Of a stretch of DNA of 64,000 bases, positions 1 through 10,113 are shown in pieces (position 1 is the stretch's first letter; each line of letters starts with the position of its first letter). The notes under the pieces are model-generated. The model was not told the DNA's origin and ran no database searches. It saw only the letters and a program-made list of their open reading frames with translations. The position numbers and the translations under genes are program-made. The stretch is from a virus (Duplodnaviria; Caudoviricetes). The stretch covers positions 192,001 through 256,000 of the IMG/VR virus record IMGVR_UViG_3300014208_000024; one strand, 5' to 3'.

Positions 1-240
1 ACAGGAAGAGGAGAAGATCCAAATGTAGTAGTTCACCATAATAAAGCCAAAGCACTAGAAGCTTTAATGTGTGGAGTAAATGCATATTGTCAAGATGGTA
101 TAAAAACAATAAATTATGATAAATATTTGAAAAAATTTGACCAAATTCCAAACCCCGTTCCAATAGATTTTGACAGAGAAGAAATTTTTAAAATAAACGA
201 AAAGGTTGTTAAAGAATTTTTAACAGAATGTGAAAAATAA
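1..240 (+). CDS. 3' end of an upstream ORF truncated by the window edge; unknown function
   Basis: Frame 1 is open from position 1 (TGRGEDPNVVVHHNKAKALEALMCG...KEFLTECEK) to TAA at 238-240. No family recognised. Confidence 0.6.
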   Translation, partial: TGRGEDPNVVVHHNKAKALEALMCGVNAYCQDGIKTINYDKYLKKFDQIPNPVPIDFDREEIFKINEKVVKEFLTECEK

Positions 241-250
241 AAAATATAAT

Positions 251-1123
251 ATGAAAAAAAGAAAAATTTATGATTGTTTTGCGTTTTTTAATGAATTAGA
301 TTTATTGGAATTAAGATTGAACATATTAGACCAATATGTGGATTATTTTATCATTTCAGAAGCATCTGTTACGCACACTGGAAAAGAAAAGCCTTTTTAT
401 TTTGAAGAAAATAAAAAAAGATATGAAAAATTTTTACCAAAAATAATACACTTAAAAATAGAAGATACGCCATCAAATTTTGTTAACTTACAAATAATTC
501 AAGAACCAAAAACAAAAGATGAAGAATATTTGAATGAAATATATGAGTTCATTAGAAAACAAACTAATGCTTTTAACATTCATACTCAAAGTGAATATGG
601 AAGAGATTTTTTTCAAAAAGAATGTATAAGGCGTGGAATGCAAACGTGTAACGATGAAGACATTATAATTTCTTCAGATTGTGATGAAATTCCAAATCCA
701 GAAATTTTAAAAAATTTGGATTCTTTTTTTGAACCAAACAAGATGTATACATTTAATCAAACAATGTATTATTATTATCTTAATGTTCTCAAAGAACTTA
801 ATTGGAAAGGATCAAGAATGGGAACGTTTGGTGAATTAAAAAATTATTCATATTGTCAATTAAGAATTCAAGATAATATAAACATTGAAAATGGGGGGTG
901 GCATTTTAGTTTTATGGGTGGAGCTGAAAAAGTTAAAGAAAAAATTCAATCTTTTTCTGCTCAAGAAATGAACAACAGTAATGTAATTAACAGTATTTCT
1001 TCTAACATGGAAAACAATGTGGACCCATTTTTTAGGTGTAAATTAAAAAAAGTTGATATTGATAGTTCATATCCAAAATATATTTTAGAAAATTTAGAAA
1101 GTTATAAACACATGGTTAAATGA
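251..1123 (+). CDS. Glycosyltransferase family 17-like (beta-1,4-GlcNAc transferase/MGAT3-like)
   Basis: N-terminal IYDCFAFFNELDLLELRL..LDQYVDYFIISEA..THTG.EKP, an SDCDEIP motif and C-terminal GGWHFSFMGG are characteristic of GT17. ATG at 251 is preferred over the track start at 230. Confidence 0.8.
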   Translation: MKKRKIYDCFAFFNELDLLELRLNILDQYVDYFIISEASVTHTGKEKPFYFEENKKRYEKFLPKIIHLKIEDTPSNFVNLQIIQEPKTKDEEYLNEIYEFIRKQTNAFNIHTQSEYGRDFFQKECIRRGMQTCNDEDIIISSDCDEIPNPEILKNLDSFFEPNKMYTFNQTMYYYYLNVLKELNWKGSRMGTFGELKNYSYCQLRIQDNINIENGGWHFSFMGGAEKVKEKIQSFSAQEMNNSNVINSISSNMENNVDPFFRCKLKKVDIDSSYPKYILENLESYKHMVK

Positions 1124-1842
1124 TATCTTTAGCTACAACTGTTTATGATAAGAATTTAGATTTTGTTTTATCAAATGATAGCTGGTTTTTAAATTATGAA
1201 AACGAGCTTATAAAAGAAAAAATCTTAGTTGTAAATAACATTTCAAACAAAGACGTTTTTTTGGAAAAAATTCAAAAAAATGAAAAGGCAAAACTTTTAA
1301 ACGTTGTATTTGTAGATTTATTTAAAGAAGAAGCAAAAAAGTTTTTTAACATAAATATAAACGAAAGCACTCTTGGATATTTTTACACTATTCAATATTT
1401 TGTTTTGTTGTTAAAATGCAACAATCCATTTTTATTTAATGTAAGTACAGATTGTACATTAAATTTTGAAAAAGATTTTCTTTATGATTCGATTGATGAG
1501 TTAAAAAAAAATGAACGTGCAATAGCAACGACAATTCCGTGGTGTACAAATGTAAATTGTGGCCTTGGAGAAGAAGAACGAACTTTTAAAATGATTGAAG
1601 AAGAGGAAAAACATCTTGATAAGTTTTATTATAGTGTGTTTTTTTCAGATCAAGTTTTTTTGTCAGATGTAGAAAAAATGAAAAAAATAAACTTTAACAC
1701 AAATCATCCATTGTCCAATTTTTTTCCAATATATGGAGGAAATTGTTTCGAAAAGCGTGTTTGTAGTCATTTTTTAACAGAAAAAAACTTTAGATTAGTT
1801 TATAAAAAACACAATTACATTCATCCAAATAATCTATATTAA
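1120..1842 (+). CDS. Hypothetical protein, possibly a GT-A-like glycosyltransferase
   Basis: 240-aa ORF with ATGA overlap to the GT17 gene, inside the sugar cluster. Only weak fold resemblance. Confidence 0.45.
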   Translation: MISLATTVYDKNLDFVLSNDSWFLNYENELIKEKILVVNNISNKDVFLEKIQKNEKAKLLNVVFVDLFKEEAKKFFNININESTLGYFYTIQYFVLLLKCNNPFLFNVSTDCTLNFEKDFLYDSIDELKKNERAIATTIPWCTNVNCGLGEEERTFKMIEEEEKHLDKFYYSVFFSDQVFLSDVEKMKKINFNTNHPLSNFFPIYGGNCFEKRVCSHFLTEKNFRLVYKKHNYIHPNNLY

Positions 1843-1859
1843 AAAACTCCTTTGTTTTC

Positions 1860-1890
1860 TTGATATATTCTTTTGATTTTATTATATTTG
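1860..1890 (+). promoter_or_regulatory. Bacteroidota-type sigma70 promoter (-33/-7)
   Basis: TTG (1860-62), a 20-nt spacer, then TATATTTG (1883-90), matching TAnnTTTG, upstream of ATG 1909. Confidence 0.55.
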
Positions 1891-1908
1891 TGAACAAAAC
1901 TTTAATAA

Positions 1909-3228
1909 ATGACAAAAACATCTGTTCACGAACAAATAGAAAATTTAATTAATAGTATTGGAAAAGAATTTAACACACTCAAATATGTTTATAACGATGC
2001 TAAGTTTGTTCCAGGAACTACTCCAGCTTATTATTCTGGTCCTTATTGGGATTCAACAGAAATAGTAGAAGCAATAAAATCTCTTATATTAGGCTCTTGG
2101 CTTTCTGCTGGAGAAAATGTTGATTTATTTGAAAAAGTTTTTTCTATTAAATTTAACCAAAGACATTCAGTTATGGTTAATTCTGGTAGCTCTGCTAATT
2201 TAATGTTAATTGCTGCATTAAAAAAAGTTTTTGGATGGAAAGATGGTGATGAAATAATTTTGTCTGTCGTTGGTTTCCCAACAACATTATCTGCAATTGT
2301 AATTAACAATTTAAAACCTGTCTTTATAGACATAGAAATTGATACTTTAAATTTTGATTTATCTTTAATTGAAAAAAATATAAATTCAAAAACAAAAGCA
2401 ATATTTTTATCTCCAGTTTTAGGAAACACATGTGATATTGATTTTCTCGTAGAATTATGTAACAAAAAAAACATTATGCTTGTTTTGGATAATTGTGATA
2501 GTTTAGGGAGTAAATGGAATGGGAAATTTTTAAACGAATACGCAATTGCATCTTCTCAATCTTTTTATCCAGCACATCATATTACCACTGGAGAGGGTGG
2601 AATGGTCTGTTCAGACAATTATGAAATCATAAAAACAGCAAGAAGTATAGCTTGGTGGGGAAGAGATTGTTCTTGTGTTGGATCTCAAAACATAATACCA
2701 AATGGAATATGTAAAAAAAGATTTGCAAAATGGCTTCCAGATTATGATAAAATTATAGATCACAAATATTTTTTTGTAAACTTAGGATATAATTTAAAAC
2801 CATTAGATTTACAAGGATCAATTGGACAAGTTCAAATAAAAAAATTTGATGAAATTCACAAAAAACGTGTTAACAGTAAAAATAAAATACAAAAAATATT
2901 TGAAAAATATATTCCAGAAGCAAGAATAATAAACGAATTACCAAAAGCATCAACATCTTGGTTTGGAACTCCAGTAATTTGTGACAATTATGATTTTAAA
3001 CAAAAACTTGTAACATATCTTGAAAAAAATAAAATACAAACAAGAAATTATTTTGCTGGAAACCTATTGTTACACCCCGCATACAAAGAATTTGGCGATT
3101 TTAAAGATTATCCAGTTGCAAATAGAGTTTTAGATGAAGTTTTTTTTGTTGGGGCCTCTCCACATTATAATGAAGAAATTTTTGGTTATTTCGAAACAGT
3201 TTTAAAAAATTTTAAAAATGAAAAGTAG
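1909..3228 (+). CDS. rfbH: RfbH/DdhC-type NDP-4-keto-6-deoxyhexose 3-dehydratase (DegT/DnrJ fold, PMP- and Fe-S-dependent)
   Basis: VNSGSSANL; SFYPAHHITTGEGG with His in place of the aminotransferase Lys; Cys-rich GRDCSC...GICKKRF; DHKYFF..LGYNLKP; C-terminal TRNYFAGNLLLHPAY. Confidence 0.85.
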   Translation: MTKTSVHEQIENLINSIGKEFNTLKYVYNDAKFVPGTTPAYYSGPYWDSTEIVEAIKSLILGSWLSAGENVDLFEKVFSIKFNQRHSVMVNSGSSANLMLIAALKKVFGWKDGDEIILSVVGFPTTLSAIVINNLKPVFIDIEIDTLNFDLSLIEKNINSKTKAIFLSPVLGNTCDIDFLVELCNKKNIMLVLDNCDSLGSKWNGKFLNEYAIASSQSFYPAHHITTGEGGMVCSDNYEIIKTARSIAWWGRDCSCVGSQNIIPNGICKKRFAKWLPDYDKIIDHKYFFVNLGYNLKPLDLQGSIGQVQIKKFDEIHKKRVNSKNKIQKIFEKYIPEARIINELPKASTSWFGTPVICDNYDFKQKLVTYLEKNKIQTRNYFAGNLLLHPAYKEFGDFKDYPVANRVLDEVFFVGASPHYNEEIFGYFETVLKNFKNEK

Positions 3229-3910
3229 ATTAATTTTAGGAGATGGTCTTTTGGGGAGTCAAATTCACAAAATCACAAATTGGGATTTTATAAGTAGAAA
3301 AAAAAATAAAATTGATTTTAATAACATTCATTCATATTATGATTATTTAAATAACTATGAAGAAATAATTAACTGCATTGCAAATACAAACACATATTCT
3401 ACAGACAAAGATTTAATGTGGAAAACAAATGTGGTCGGGCTTTCTGATTTGGTTGACACATGTTCAATTTGTAAAAAAAAGATTATTCATATTTCATCAG
3501 ACTATATTTATTCCAATTCAATAGAGAATGCATCAGAAGAAGATGTTCCAGTGCATTGCGCAAACTGGTATGGATACACAAAACTCATAGGAGATGCATA
3601 TGTTCAACTAAAAGCTGGTGAATATTTACTAATAAGAACTACACAAAAGAAAAAACCATTTACTCATGAATGTGCATTTATAAATCAAATTGGTAACTTT
3701 GATTATGTTGACAAAATAGCTCCAATAATAGTTGATTTAATTGAAAAAAATGCCACAGGAGTATTTAATGTTGGAACCGAATTAAAAACTATGATGGATT
3801 TAGCAAAACAAACTAAAAATGATGTTAAACCAGGAACTTATTTGTTTGATCCAACAATGCCTACAAATGTTTCTATGAATATTAATAAATTAAAAAATTT
3901 TTTAAAATAA
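3218..3910 (+). CDS. RmlD-like NDP-4-keto-sugar reductase (extended SDR)
   Basis: LILGDGLLGSQI nucleotide-binding loop, IIHISSDYIY, catalytic YGYTK (YxxxK), GVFNVG. Confidence 0.75.
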   Translation: MKSRLILGDGLLGSQIHKITNWDFISRKKNKIDFNNIHSYYDYLNNYEEIINCIANTNTYSTDKDLMWKTNVVGLSDLVDTCSICKKKIIHISSDYIYSNSIENASEEDVPVHCANWYGYTKLIGDAYVQLKAGEYLLIRTTQKKKPFTHECAFINQIGNFDYVDKIAPIIVDLIEKNATGVFNVGTELKTMMDLAKQTKNDVKPGTYLFDPTMPTNVSMNINKLKNFLK

Positions 3911-3916
3911 AATAAT

Positions 3917-4537
3917 ATGTACAACAGCCAGCACCTACAAGATAAATATATGAATGAAAATATCTTTAAAAATAAAAGAAATGGTGTTTTTTTAGATATT
4001 GGAGCCAATGATGGAATTGCTATAAACAATACTTTGTTTTTTGAAAAAGAACTTGGATGGACTGGGATATGTATAGAACCCTATCCTTCTATTTTTGAAA
4101 AACTAAAAAATAATAGAAGTTGCATTTGTATCAATGGTTGTATTGCTAAAGAAACGAAAAAAGATATTTTTTTAGAGGTTTCAGGATATCCAGCAATGCT
4201 TAGCGGATTAAAGTCGGAATATTGTGAAAAGCATTTACAAAGAATAGATTATGAAATAGGATTGTTTGGGGGATCTAAAAAAGAAATAGAAGTTCAATGC
4301 TACAACATAAACGAAGTCTTAACACAACATAATATGTTTAATATTGATTTTTGCAGCTTAGATATAGAAGGTGGAGAGTTTAATGTTCTTCAAACAATAG
4401 ATTTTGATAAAATAAACATACATGCTTTCAGTATAGAAAACGCATATAGTGAATCAAAATTTAAAAAATTTATGAAAACAAAAGGATATAAACTAATTGA
4501 TGTATTAGAGTGTGATGATATATATGTTAAACAATAA
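3917..4537 (+). CDS. FkbM-family methyltransferase
   Basis: FLDIGANDG...SNT-like NNTLFFEKELGWTGICIEP and IDFCSLDIEGGEFNVL motifs. Confidence 0.85.
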   Translation: MYNSQHLQDKYMNENIFKNKRNGVFLDIGANDGIAINNTLFFEKELGWTGICIEPYPSIFEKLKNNRSCICINGCIAKETKKDIFLEVSGYPAMLSGLKSEYCEKHLQRIDYEIGLFGGSKKEIEVQCYNINEVLTQHNMFNIDFCSLDIEGGEFNVLQTIDFDKINIHAFSIENAYSESKFKKFMKTKGYKLIDVLECDDIYVKQ

Positions 4538-4548
4538 TTTTTAAAGCT

Positions 4549-5199
4549 ATGTTAAATTTTTATGGTCAAGAAAGAAAAATTCTAGTTTATTGCGGAATCA
4601 ATAACGGAGATGGTTTAATGGAAGAAATTAACGATTATGATATTATATATGGATTTGATGCAAATATTGATAAAGTAAAAATTTGTCAAGAAAGATTTAA
4701 ATCTAACATGAAAAAAACTTTTAAATTCTTTAATTATGCCCTAACAGAAAATGATAATGAATTTATTAGATTTAATATATTTGAAAACTGGGATGCCTCT
4801 TCTACAATCGGAACAGTTAATCCAGAATATGGACATTTAAAAAACGAAAATGGAGTTTTACACAATTCGCCTATAAAATCAATAGAGGTAAAAACTATAA
4901 ATTTGGGAAATTTTTTAAAAAAAATGGGCATAAAAAAAATTCACAAATTAGTCACTGACTTACAGGGATACGATTTAACGGTTTTAAAAACATTAAAAGA
5001 GTTTATCGATACTCAAAATATTGATATGATTAAAAGTGAAGTGGAATGGGATAAAACCCCTCCAATTCACATCAATTCACCTTCAAATAAATTTTCTGAT
5101 TTTGAAAAACTTTTTGATGGAAAATACGAAAAATACTGGCATCTTCCAGAATCAGAAGAGTGGTGGGAAACTGATATGGTCTTTATTCCTAAAAAATAA
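4549..5199 (+). CDS. FkbM-like methyltransferase (divergent)
   Basis: LVYCGINNG SAM loop, IYGFDAN, FFNYAL, EVKTINLGNFL and LVTDLQGYDLTVLK resemble the FkbM family. Confidence 0.65.
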   Translation: MLNFYGQERKILVYCGINNGDGLMEEINDYDIIYGFDANIDKVKICQERFKSNMKKTFKFFNYALTENDNEFIRFNIFENWDASSTIGTVNPEYGHLKNENGVLHNSPIKSIEVKTINLGNFLKKMGIKKIHKLVTDLQGYDLTVLKTLKEFIDTQNIDMIKSEVEWDKTPPIHINSPSNKFSDFEKLFDGKYEKYWHLPESEEWWETDMVFIPKK

Positions 5200-5201
5200 G
5201 C

Positions 5202-7160
5202 ATGAAACAAAAATATACAATACAACTTGTACAATTTAACAACAAATATGGTTCACAAGTTTATTTGCCTTATAGTGTTGGAGTATTATCAAGTTACGTA
5301 TCAACAGATAAGTTTATATTAGATAAATTCGAATTTAAAGAATTTGTTTTTATTACAGAAAAATTACATGATTTAATTAAAAGAATAGGAAAAGTCGATA
5401 TATTGGGAATTTCTTGTTATAATTGGAACTGGGCGTTAAGTTTAAAATTGGCCGAAGAGGTTAAAAAAAACAACCCAAGTTGTTTAATAATTTTAGGAGG
5501 TCCACAAGTTCCAAATGAAACATCTGATTTTTTTAAAAAAAATCCATTTATTGATATTACAGTTCATGGAGAAGGAGAAAAAACTTTCTATGAAATATTA
5601 AAAAATTATTCACAATCTAATTTTGAAACTCTTAAGCATATTTCTGGAACTACATTCTATGATAGAAAAAACGATGAGGTTGTAAAATCGCTTCAAAGGA
5701 ATTTTATTGAAGACTTAAGTAGTATGCAATCTCCATATCTAGATGGAACATTTGATGATTTGTTAAATAACAAAAAATATGCTTGGATGATAATTTGGGA
5801 AACAAACCGTGGATGTCCTTTTAAATGTTCTTTTTGTGATTGGGGTTCTGCCACTAAATCTAAAATTAGAAAGTTTGACAATGACAGATTGATAAAAGAA
5901 TTAGATTACTTTGCAGAAAAAAAAATAGAACTTATATTTGGAGCAGATGCTAATTTTGGAATCTTCAAAAGAGATAAAGATTATGCAATTAAAATGACAC
6001 AGAATAAAAAAAAATATGGATATCCAAAACAATTTAGAGTTTGCTTTACTAAAAATTCAACAGATAAAGTTTTTGAATTGTCTAAAATCTTTGATGATGC
6101 TGGAATGAATAAGGGAATATCGATAAGTATGCAATCGCTAAACGAACAGGCATTGGTTAACATACAAAGAACAAATATTAAAATGGAATTTTTTAATGAA
6201 TTACAAAAAAAATATACTACAAATGGACTTATAACATATACTGAATTGATATTACCACTTCCAGGAGAAACTTATGATTCTTTTGTAGAAGGAATAGATT
6301 CTTTATTAAATAACTCACAACATTCTGGTATAGTTGTATATAACTGTGTTATAATGCCAAATGCAAAAATGGGAGATAAAAATTACCAGCAAGAATTTGG
6401 ATTGAAAAATGTTGAAATTCCAATATTTCAAGCACATTCTGATTTTAAGGATTCAAGTTGTATTATAGAAAAAGAAGAAATTGTTGTTGAAACAAAAACT
6501 ATGAATAAATATGATTACATTAGATCATTTAAATATAGTTGGATAATTCAAAGCATGCACACTCTAGGAATGTTGCAAGTTGTTTCTATAATATTTAAAT
6601 ATCATTTTGGAATTAAATATTCAGAATTTTATAGTAGTATTATAAAATATGGAGAAGACAATCCTTGTACAATTATTGGAAAAGAATTAAAAAAGATTGA
6701 TACATTATTAAACGGGGTACTATCTGGAAGTGGATTTGATCAGGAAGTTCCTGGGTTTGAATCTGTGTCTTGGCCTCCAGAAGAAGCTACATATTTGAGA
6801 GTATCAGAGAAAATTGATGACTTTTATTTTGAAATAAAAAAATTTTTACAAAGTAAGTATAAAAATTTATTTATAGATAACAAAGTTTTATCTGATGTTT
6901 TCGATTACCAAAAAGCCAGAAGTGTGAGATTTGATAATCAAGATTCACAAAGCATTTTGTTGTCTTATGATATACATAACTTTTTTGAAAACTGTAGAGC
7001 TGGAATTATCGATGAACTTAAAAAAACAAAAATGAACTTAATAACAAATCCAAAAATGAGTTTTACGGATAAAAAAGAATTTTCAAGAGAAATTGTTTGG
7101 TATGGAAGAAAGGGTGGAAAATTCTTTCATCCAATTAAAAATAAAATTGATATAAAATGA
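5202..7160 (+). CDS. Cobalamin-binding radical SAM protein (class B methyltransferase-like)
   Basis: N-terminal B12-binding domain (YLPYSVGVL, DILGISCYNWN, IILGGPQV, GEGE) followed by ETNRGCPFKCSFCDWG (CxxxCxxC), DANFG and ELILPLPGET. Confidence 0.85.
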   Translation: MKQKYTIQLVQFNNKYGSQVYLPYSVGVLSSYVSTDKFILDKFEFKEFVFITEKLHDLIKRIGKVDILGISCYNWNWALSLKLAEEVKKNNPSCLIILGGPQVPNETSDFFKKNPFIDITVHGEGEKTFYEILKNYSQSNFETLKHISGTTFYDRKNDEVVKSLQRNFIEDLSSMQSPYLDGTFDDLLNNKKYAWMIIWETNRGCPFKCSFCDWGSATKSKIRKFDNDRLIKELDYFAEKKIELIFGADANFGIFKRDKDYAIKMTQNKKKYGYPKQFRVCFTKNSTDKVFELSKIFDDAGMNKGISISMQSLNEQALVNIQRTNIKMEFFNELQKKYTTNGLITYTELILPLPGETYDSFVEGIDSLLNNSQHSGIVVYNCVIMPNAKMGDKNYQQEFGLKNVEIPIFQAHSDFKDSSCIIEKEEIVVETKTMNKYDYIRSFKYSWIIQSMHTLGMLQVVSIIFKYHFGIKYSEFYSSIIKYGEDNPCTIIGKELKKIDTLLNGVLSGSGFDQEVPGFESVSWPPEEATYLRVSEKIDDFYFEIKKFLQSKYKNLFIDNKVLSDVFDYQKARSVRFDNQDSQSILLSYDIHNFFENCRAGIIDELKKTKMNLITNPKMSFTDKKEFSREIVWYGRKGGKFFHPIKNKIDIK

Positions 7161-7954
7161 AGCAAATTATAAATTCTTACACATATCCAGATTGGCCAAA
7201 CATAGAGGTTGATTATAAAAAAAAAATTAGATATTTTGTTGATGGGTTCCATGGATATAATCCATCTGAAGATAGCTTTAAAGTCCTACATATAAAAGAG
7301 GCAGAAGCTATATGTAAATTAAGAGAAGAAGTTATAAAAAATCAAGAAAAATTTGATGTCATAATAACTTTTGATGAAGAAATTTTAAAAAATTGCAAAA
7401 ACTCTTATTTTTTCCCATTTGGAACAACTTGGGTCCACAAATACTCATTTATAGAAAAAAGATTTCAAATTTCAAACATCACTGGACATAAAGAAATAAC
7501 AGAAGGCCATATTTTAAGAAAAAAAATACACTATAAACAAACAAAAATTTCTAATCCAACCGATTTTTACATAAGTAAACATTTAGGTGTAGAAAATTTT
7601 AATAATAACAAAATTCTTGGAGATTTAAAAGAGCCTTTATTTGATTCTCAATTTCACATTTGTATAGAAAACTCAAAACAAAAAAACTATTTTACTGAAA
7701 AAATAATGGATTGTTTTGTAACCAAAACAGTTCCTATATATTGGGGATGTCCAAATATAAAAGATTTTTTTGACACAAGCTCAATCATCATAGTCAATGA
7801 TTTTAAGGAAATTATTGATGTTTGTAACAGTTTGACTTCTGAAAGTTATAAAAAAATGCTTCCTGGAATAGAAAAAAATTTGATTTTATCAAAAAATTAT
7901 ATAGATTTAGTTAGAAATATCAAGAAATTATTAATAGAAAAAATTTTATTATGA
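7157..7954 (+). CDS. Glycosyltransferase family 10-like (alpha-1,3-fucosyltransferase motif)
   Basis: FHICIENSKQKNYFTEKIMDCFVTKTVPIYWG matches the GT10 alpha-1,3 motif (F.l..EN....YvTEK.......vPiy.G). Confidence 0.8.
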   Translation: MKQIINSYTYPDWPNIEVDYKKKIRYFVDGFHGYNPSEDSFKVLHIKEAEAICKLREEVIKNQEKFDVIITFDEEILKNCKNSYFFPFGTTWVHKYSFIEKRFQISNITGHKEITEGHILRKKIHYKQTKISNPTDFYISKHLGVENFNNNKILGDLKEPLFDSQFHICIENSKQKNYFTEKIMDCFVTKTVPIYWGCPNIKDFFDTSSIIIVNDFKEIIDVCNSLTSESYKKMLPGIEKNLILSKNYIDLVRNIKKLLIEKILL

Positions 7955-8874
7955 AAGCAATAGTAACAGGAGCAAATGGTCTTTTGGGATCAGCATTGAA
8001 AAAACAACTTGGAGAAGATCATATTTATCACACAAGACAACAGTGTGACCTACTAAGAATAAACGAAATAAATCAATATTTTTACCATATAAACGAAACA
8101 GAGCATCCAGACACACTCATACACTGTGCCGCAAAGGTTGGTGGGGTGCAAGCCAATATAAATGATAATAGTGGATTCTTTTTACAAAATCTTTTTATAA
8201 ACAACAATGTAATCGGGACTGCAATTGTTTATGAATACAAAAACGTTGTAAACATATTGTCAACCTGTGTATTTCCTGACAAAGAAGTGATATATCCATT
8301 AACGGCAAACCAAATAGACAATGGAAAACCACATCCATCTAATCACGGCTATTCTTATGCAAAAAGACTTTTGTATTATTCAACAAAATACGCAAGAGAA
8401 ATAACTGGAAATAATTGGATTTCTATTATACCGACCAACATCTATGGTGAACAAGATAATTTTAATTTAGAAAACGGACACTTAATGCCAGCTTTAATTA
8501 ATAAAGCACACACAGCATCAAAATTAAATCAAGATTTTGTTGTTTGGGGAGATGGAACACCATTAAGACAATTTATATATTCAGAAGATTTGGCAAAAAT
8601 AATTTTATGGGCCATTGATAATTGGAAATCTGGAACCCCAATGATGGCTGTAAATGAAAAAGAATATTCAATTAAAGACATTGTTAACATTATAGCAGAC
8701 AGATTTAAAATTTCACAAGAAAGAATTAAATTTGACATTACAAAACCAAATGGACAATTTAGAAAACCAGCAAAACCTGATGTTCCTGCAGATTTTAAAT
8801 TTACACCGTTGGATGAAGGAATAAATAAAACAATTGATTGGTATTTAAAAAACATAAACAATGCTAGAAAATAA
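7951..8874 (+). CDS. fcl: GDP-4-keto-deoxymannose epimerase/reductase (GDP-fucose synthase Fcl/ColC family)
   Basis: VTGANGLLG, IHCAAKVGGV.AN, ILSTCVFP, GYSYAKR, PTNIYGEQDNF...HLMPALI, WGDGTPLRQFIYSEDLA, KPNGQFRK. Confidence 0.9.
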   Translation: MKAIVTGANGLLGSALKKQLGEDHIYHTRQQCDLLRINEINQYFYHINETEHPDTLIHCAAKVGGVQANINDNSGFFLQNLFINNNVIGTAIVYEYKNVVNILSTCVFPDKEVIYPLTANQIDNGKPHPSNHGYSYAKRLLYYSTKYAREITGNNWISIIPTNIYGEQDNFNLENGHLMPALINKAHTASKLNQDFVVWGDGTPLRQFIYSEDLAKIILWAIDNWKSGTPMMAVNEKEYSIKDIVNIIADRFKISQERIKFDITKPNGQFRKPAKPDVPADFKFTPLDEGINKTIDWYLKNINNARK

Positions 8875-10039
8875 TATGAAAAAAATTACATTAGTAAGCG
8901 ACACAATAAACAAAGATGACGTTAATGCAATAATAGAATGGTTAAAACAAGATCCAACTCCTAAATTAACAAAAGGCGATTTGACCATTTTGCTAGAAAA
9001 AAGATGGGCAGAAAAAGTTGGTACAAAACATTCTATATTTGTTAATTCTGGTTCTTCTGCTATTTTATTATTACTTGCAGCACTCAAGGAAACTGGAAAG
9101 TATAGTAATAAAATTGTTTGTCCAGCTCTTAGTTGGATAACAGATGTTAGCACTCCAATCTTATTAGGTTTTGATCCAATATTGTGTGATTGTAACTTGG
9201 AAGATTTGTCTTGTGATCTAAATGAGTTGGAAAATATATTTAAAAAAAACCAAAGTGACAAACCAATGCTTTTTATTTCTGTTTCTACTTTAGGAATAGT
9301 TCCAAAAATTAATGAATTACTTTGTTTATGTAAAAAGTATAACGTAGAACTAATAGAAGACAATTGTGAAAGCATGGGTTCCACTTACGAAAACAAGATG
9401 CTTGGATCGTTTGGCCTTGCATCAGTGTATAGTATGTACTTCGGTCACCACATATCAACAATAGAGGGTGGGTTTATTAATACAAGCGACGAAGAATTAA
9501 ATACAATTTTACTTTCAATGAGAAGTCATGGATGGAATAGAGATTTGTCATATGAAGCAAAACAAAGTTTAAAAAAAGAATGGAATACATCTGACTTTGA
9601 TGAGTTGTATTGCTTTTATTATCCAGGACTTAATCTTAGATCAACCGATCTTCAAGCGTTTATTGGATTAAGAGCAATAGAAAAACTTGATTTTTATAGC
9701 TTAATGAGAAATAAAAATTTTTTTTACTACCAAAAGACAATAAAAAACAATGAACTTAAAATAGAAAAAAGAGAAAACTCATTTATATCAAATCTTGGTT
9801 ATCCAGTTTTAAATAAAAATAGAAATTTAATTGCAAAAGAGTTACAAAAAAACAATATAGAATCAAGACCATTAATAGCAGGCTCAATAGCAAACAAACC
9901 GTTCTGGATTAAAAAGTATGGTAGATCATCTTTTACAAATGCAGATAAAGTTGATAAATTTGGTTTGTATTTGCCTAATCACCACGATTTATTAGAATGC
10001 GATATAGAAACTATAGCAAATATTATTAATAAATTTTAA
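8861..10039 (+). CDS. colD: ColD-like GDP-4-keto-6-deoxymannose 3-dehydratase (DegT fold, His at the Schiff-base position)
   Basis: FVNSGSSAILL, IEDNCESMG, YSMYFGHHISTIEGG (HH in place of Lys, as in ColD SHHIATMEGG), MRSHGWNRDL, FYYPGLNLRSTD, RPLIAGSI. Confidence 0.75.
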   Translation: MLENNMKKITLVSDTINKDDVNAIIEWLKQDPTPKLTKGDLTILLEKRWAEKVGTKHSIFVNSGSSAILLLLAALKETGKYSNKIVCPALSWITDVSTPILLGFDPILCDCNLEDLSCDLNELENIFKKNQSDKPMLFISVSTLGIVPKINELLCLCKKYNVELIEDNCESMGSTYENKMLGSFGLASVYSMYFGHHISTIEGGFINTSDEELNTILLSMRSHGWNRDLSYEAKQSLKKEWNTSDFDELYCFYYPGLNLRSTDLQAFIGLRAIEKLDFYSLMRNKNFFYYQKTIKNNELKIEKRENSFISNLGYPVLNKNRNLIAKELQKNNIESRPLIAGSIANKPFWIKKYGRSSFTNADKVDKFGLYLPNHHDLLECDIETIANIINKF

Positions 10040-10113
10040 AAAGTGTTTTATTATTGGATTTGATGGTTTAAAAATTTTTTACTATATAAAAACAAAAAAT
10101 ACAAAATAGAATT

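Noticed and set aside
2043-9384. Antisense and alternate-frame ORFs within the sugar cluster (2043..2474, 3838..4029, 4734..4931, 5036..5239, 5693..5881, 5981..6163, 8529..8861, 8845..9384)
   Set aside because: They lie wholly within well-supported enzyme genes, have Phe/Ile/Ser-rich shadow composition and show no motifs.
8861-10039. Annotation as perosamine synthase or a generic DegT aminotransferase
   Set aside because: The catalytic Lys position is His (GHHIST), which fits the ColD-type dehydratases.
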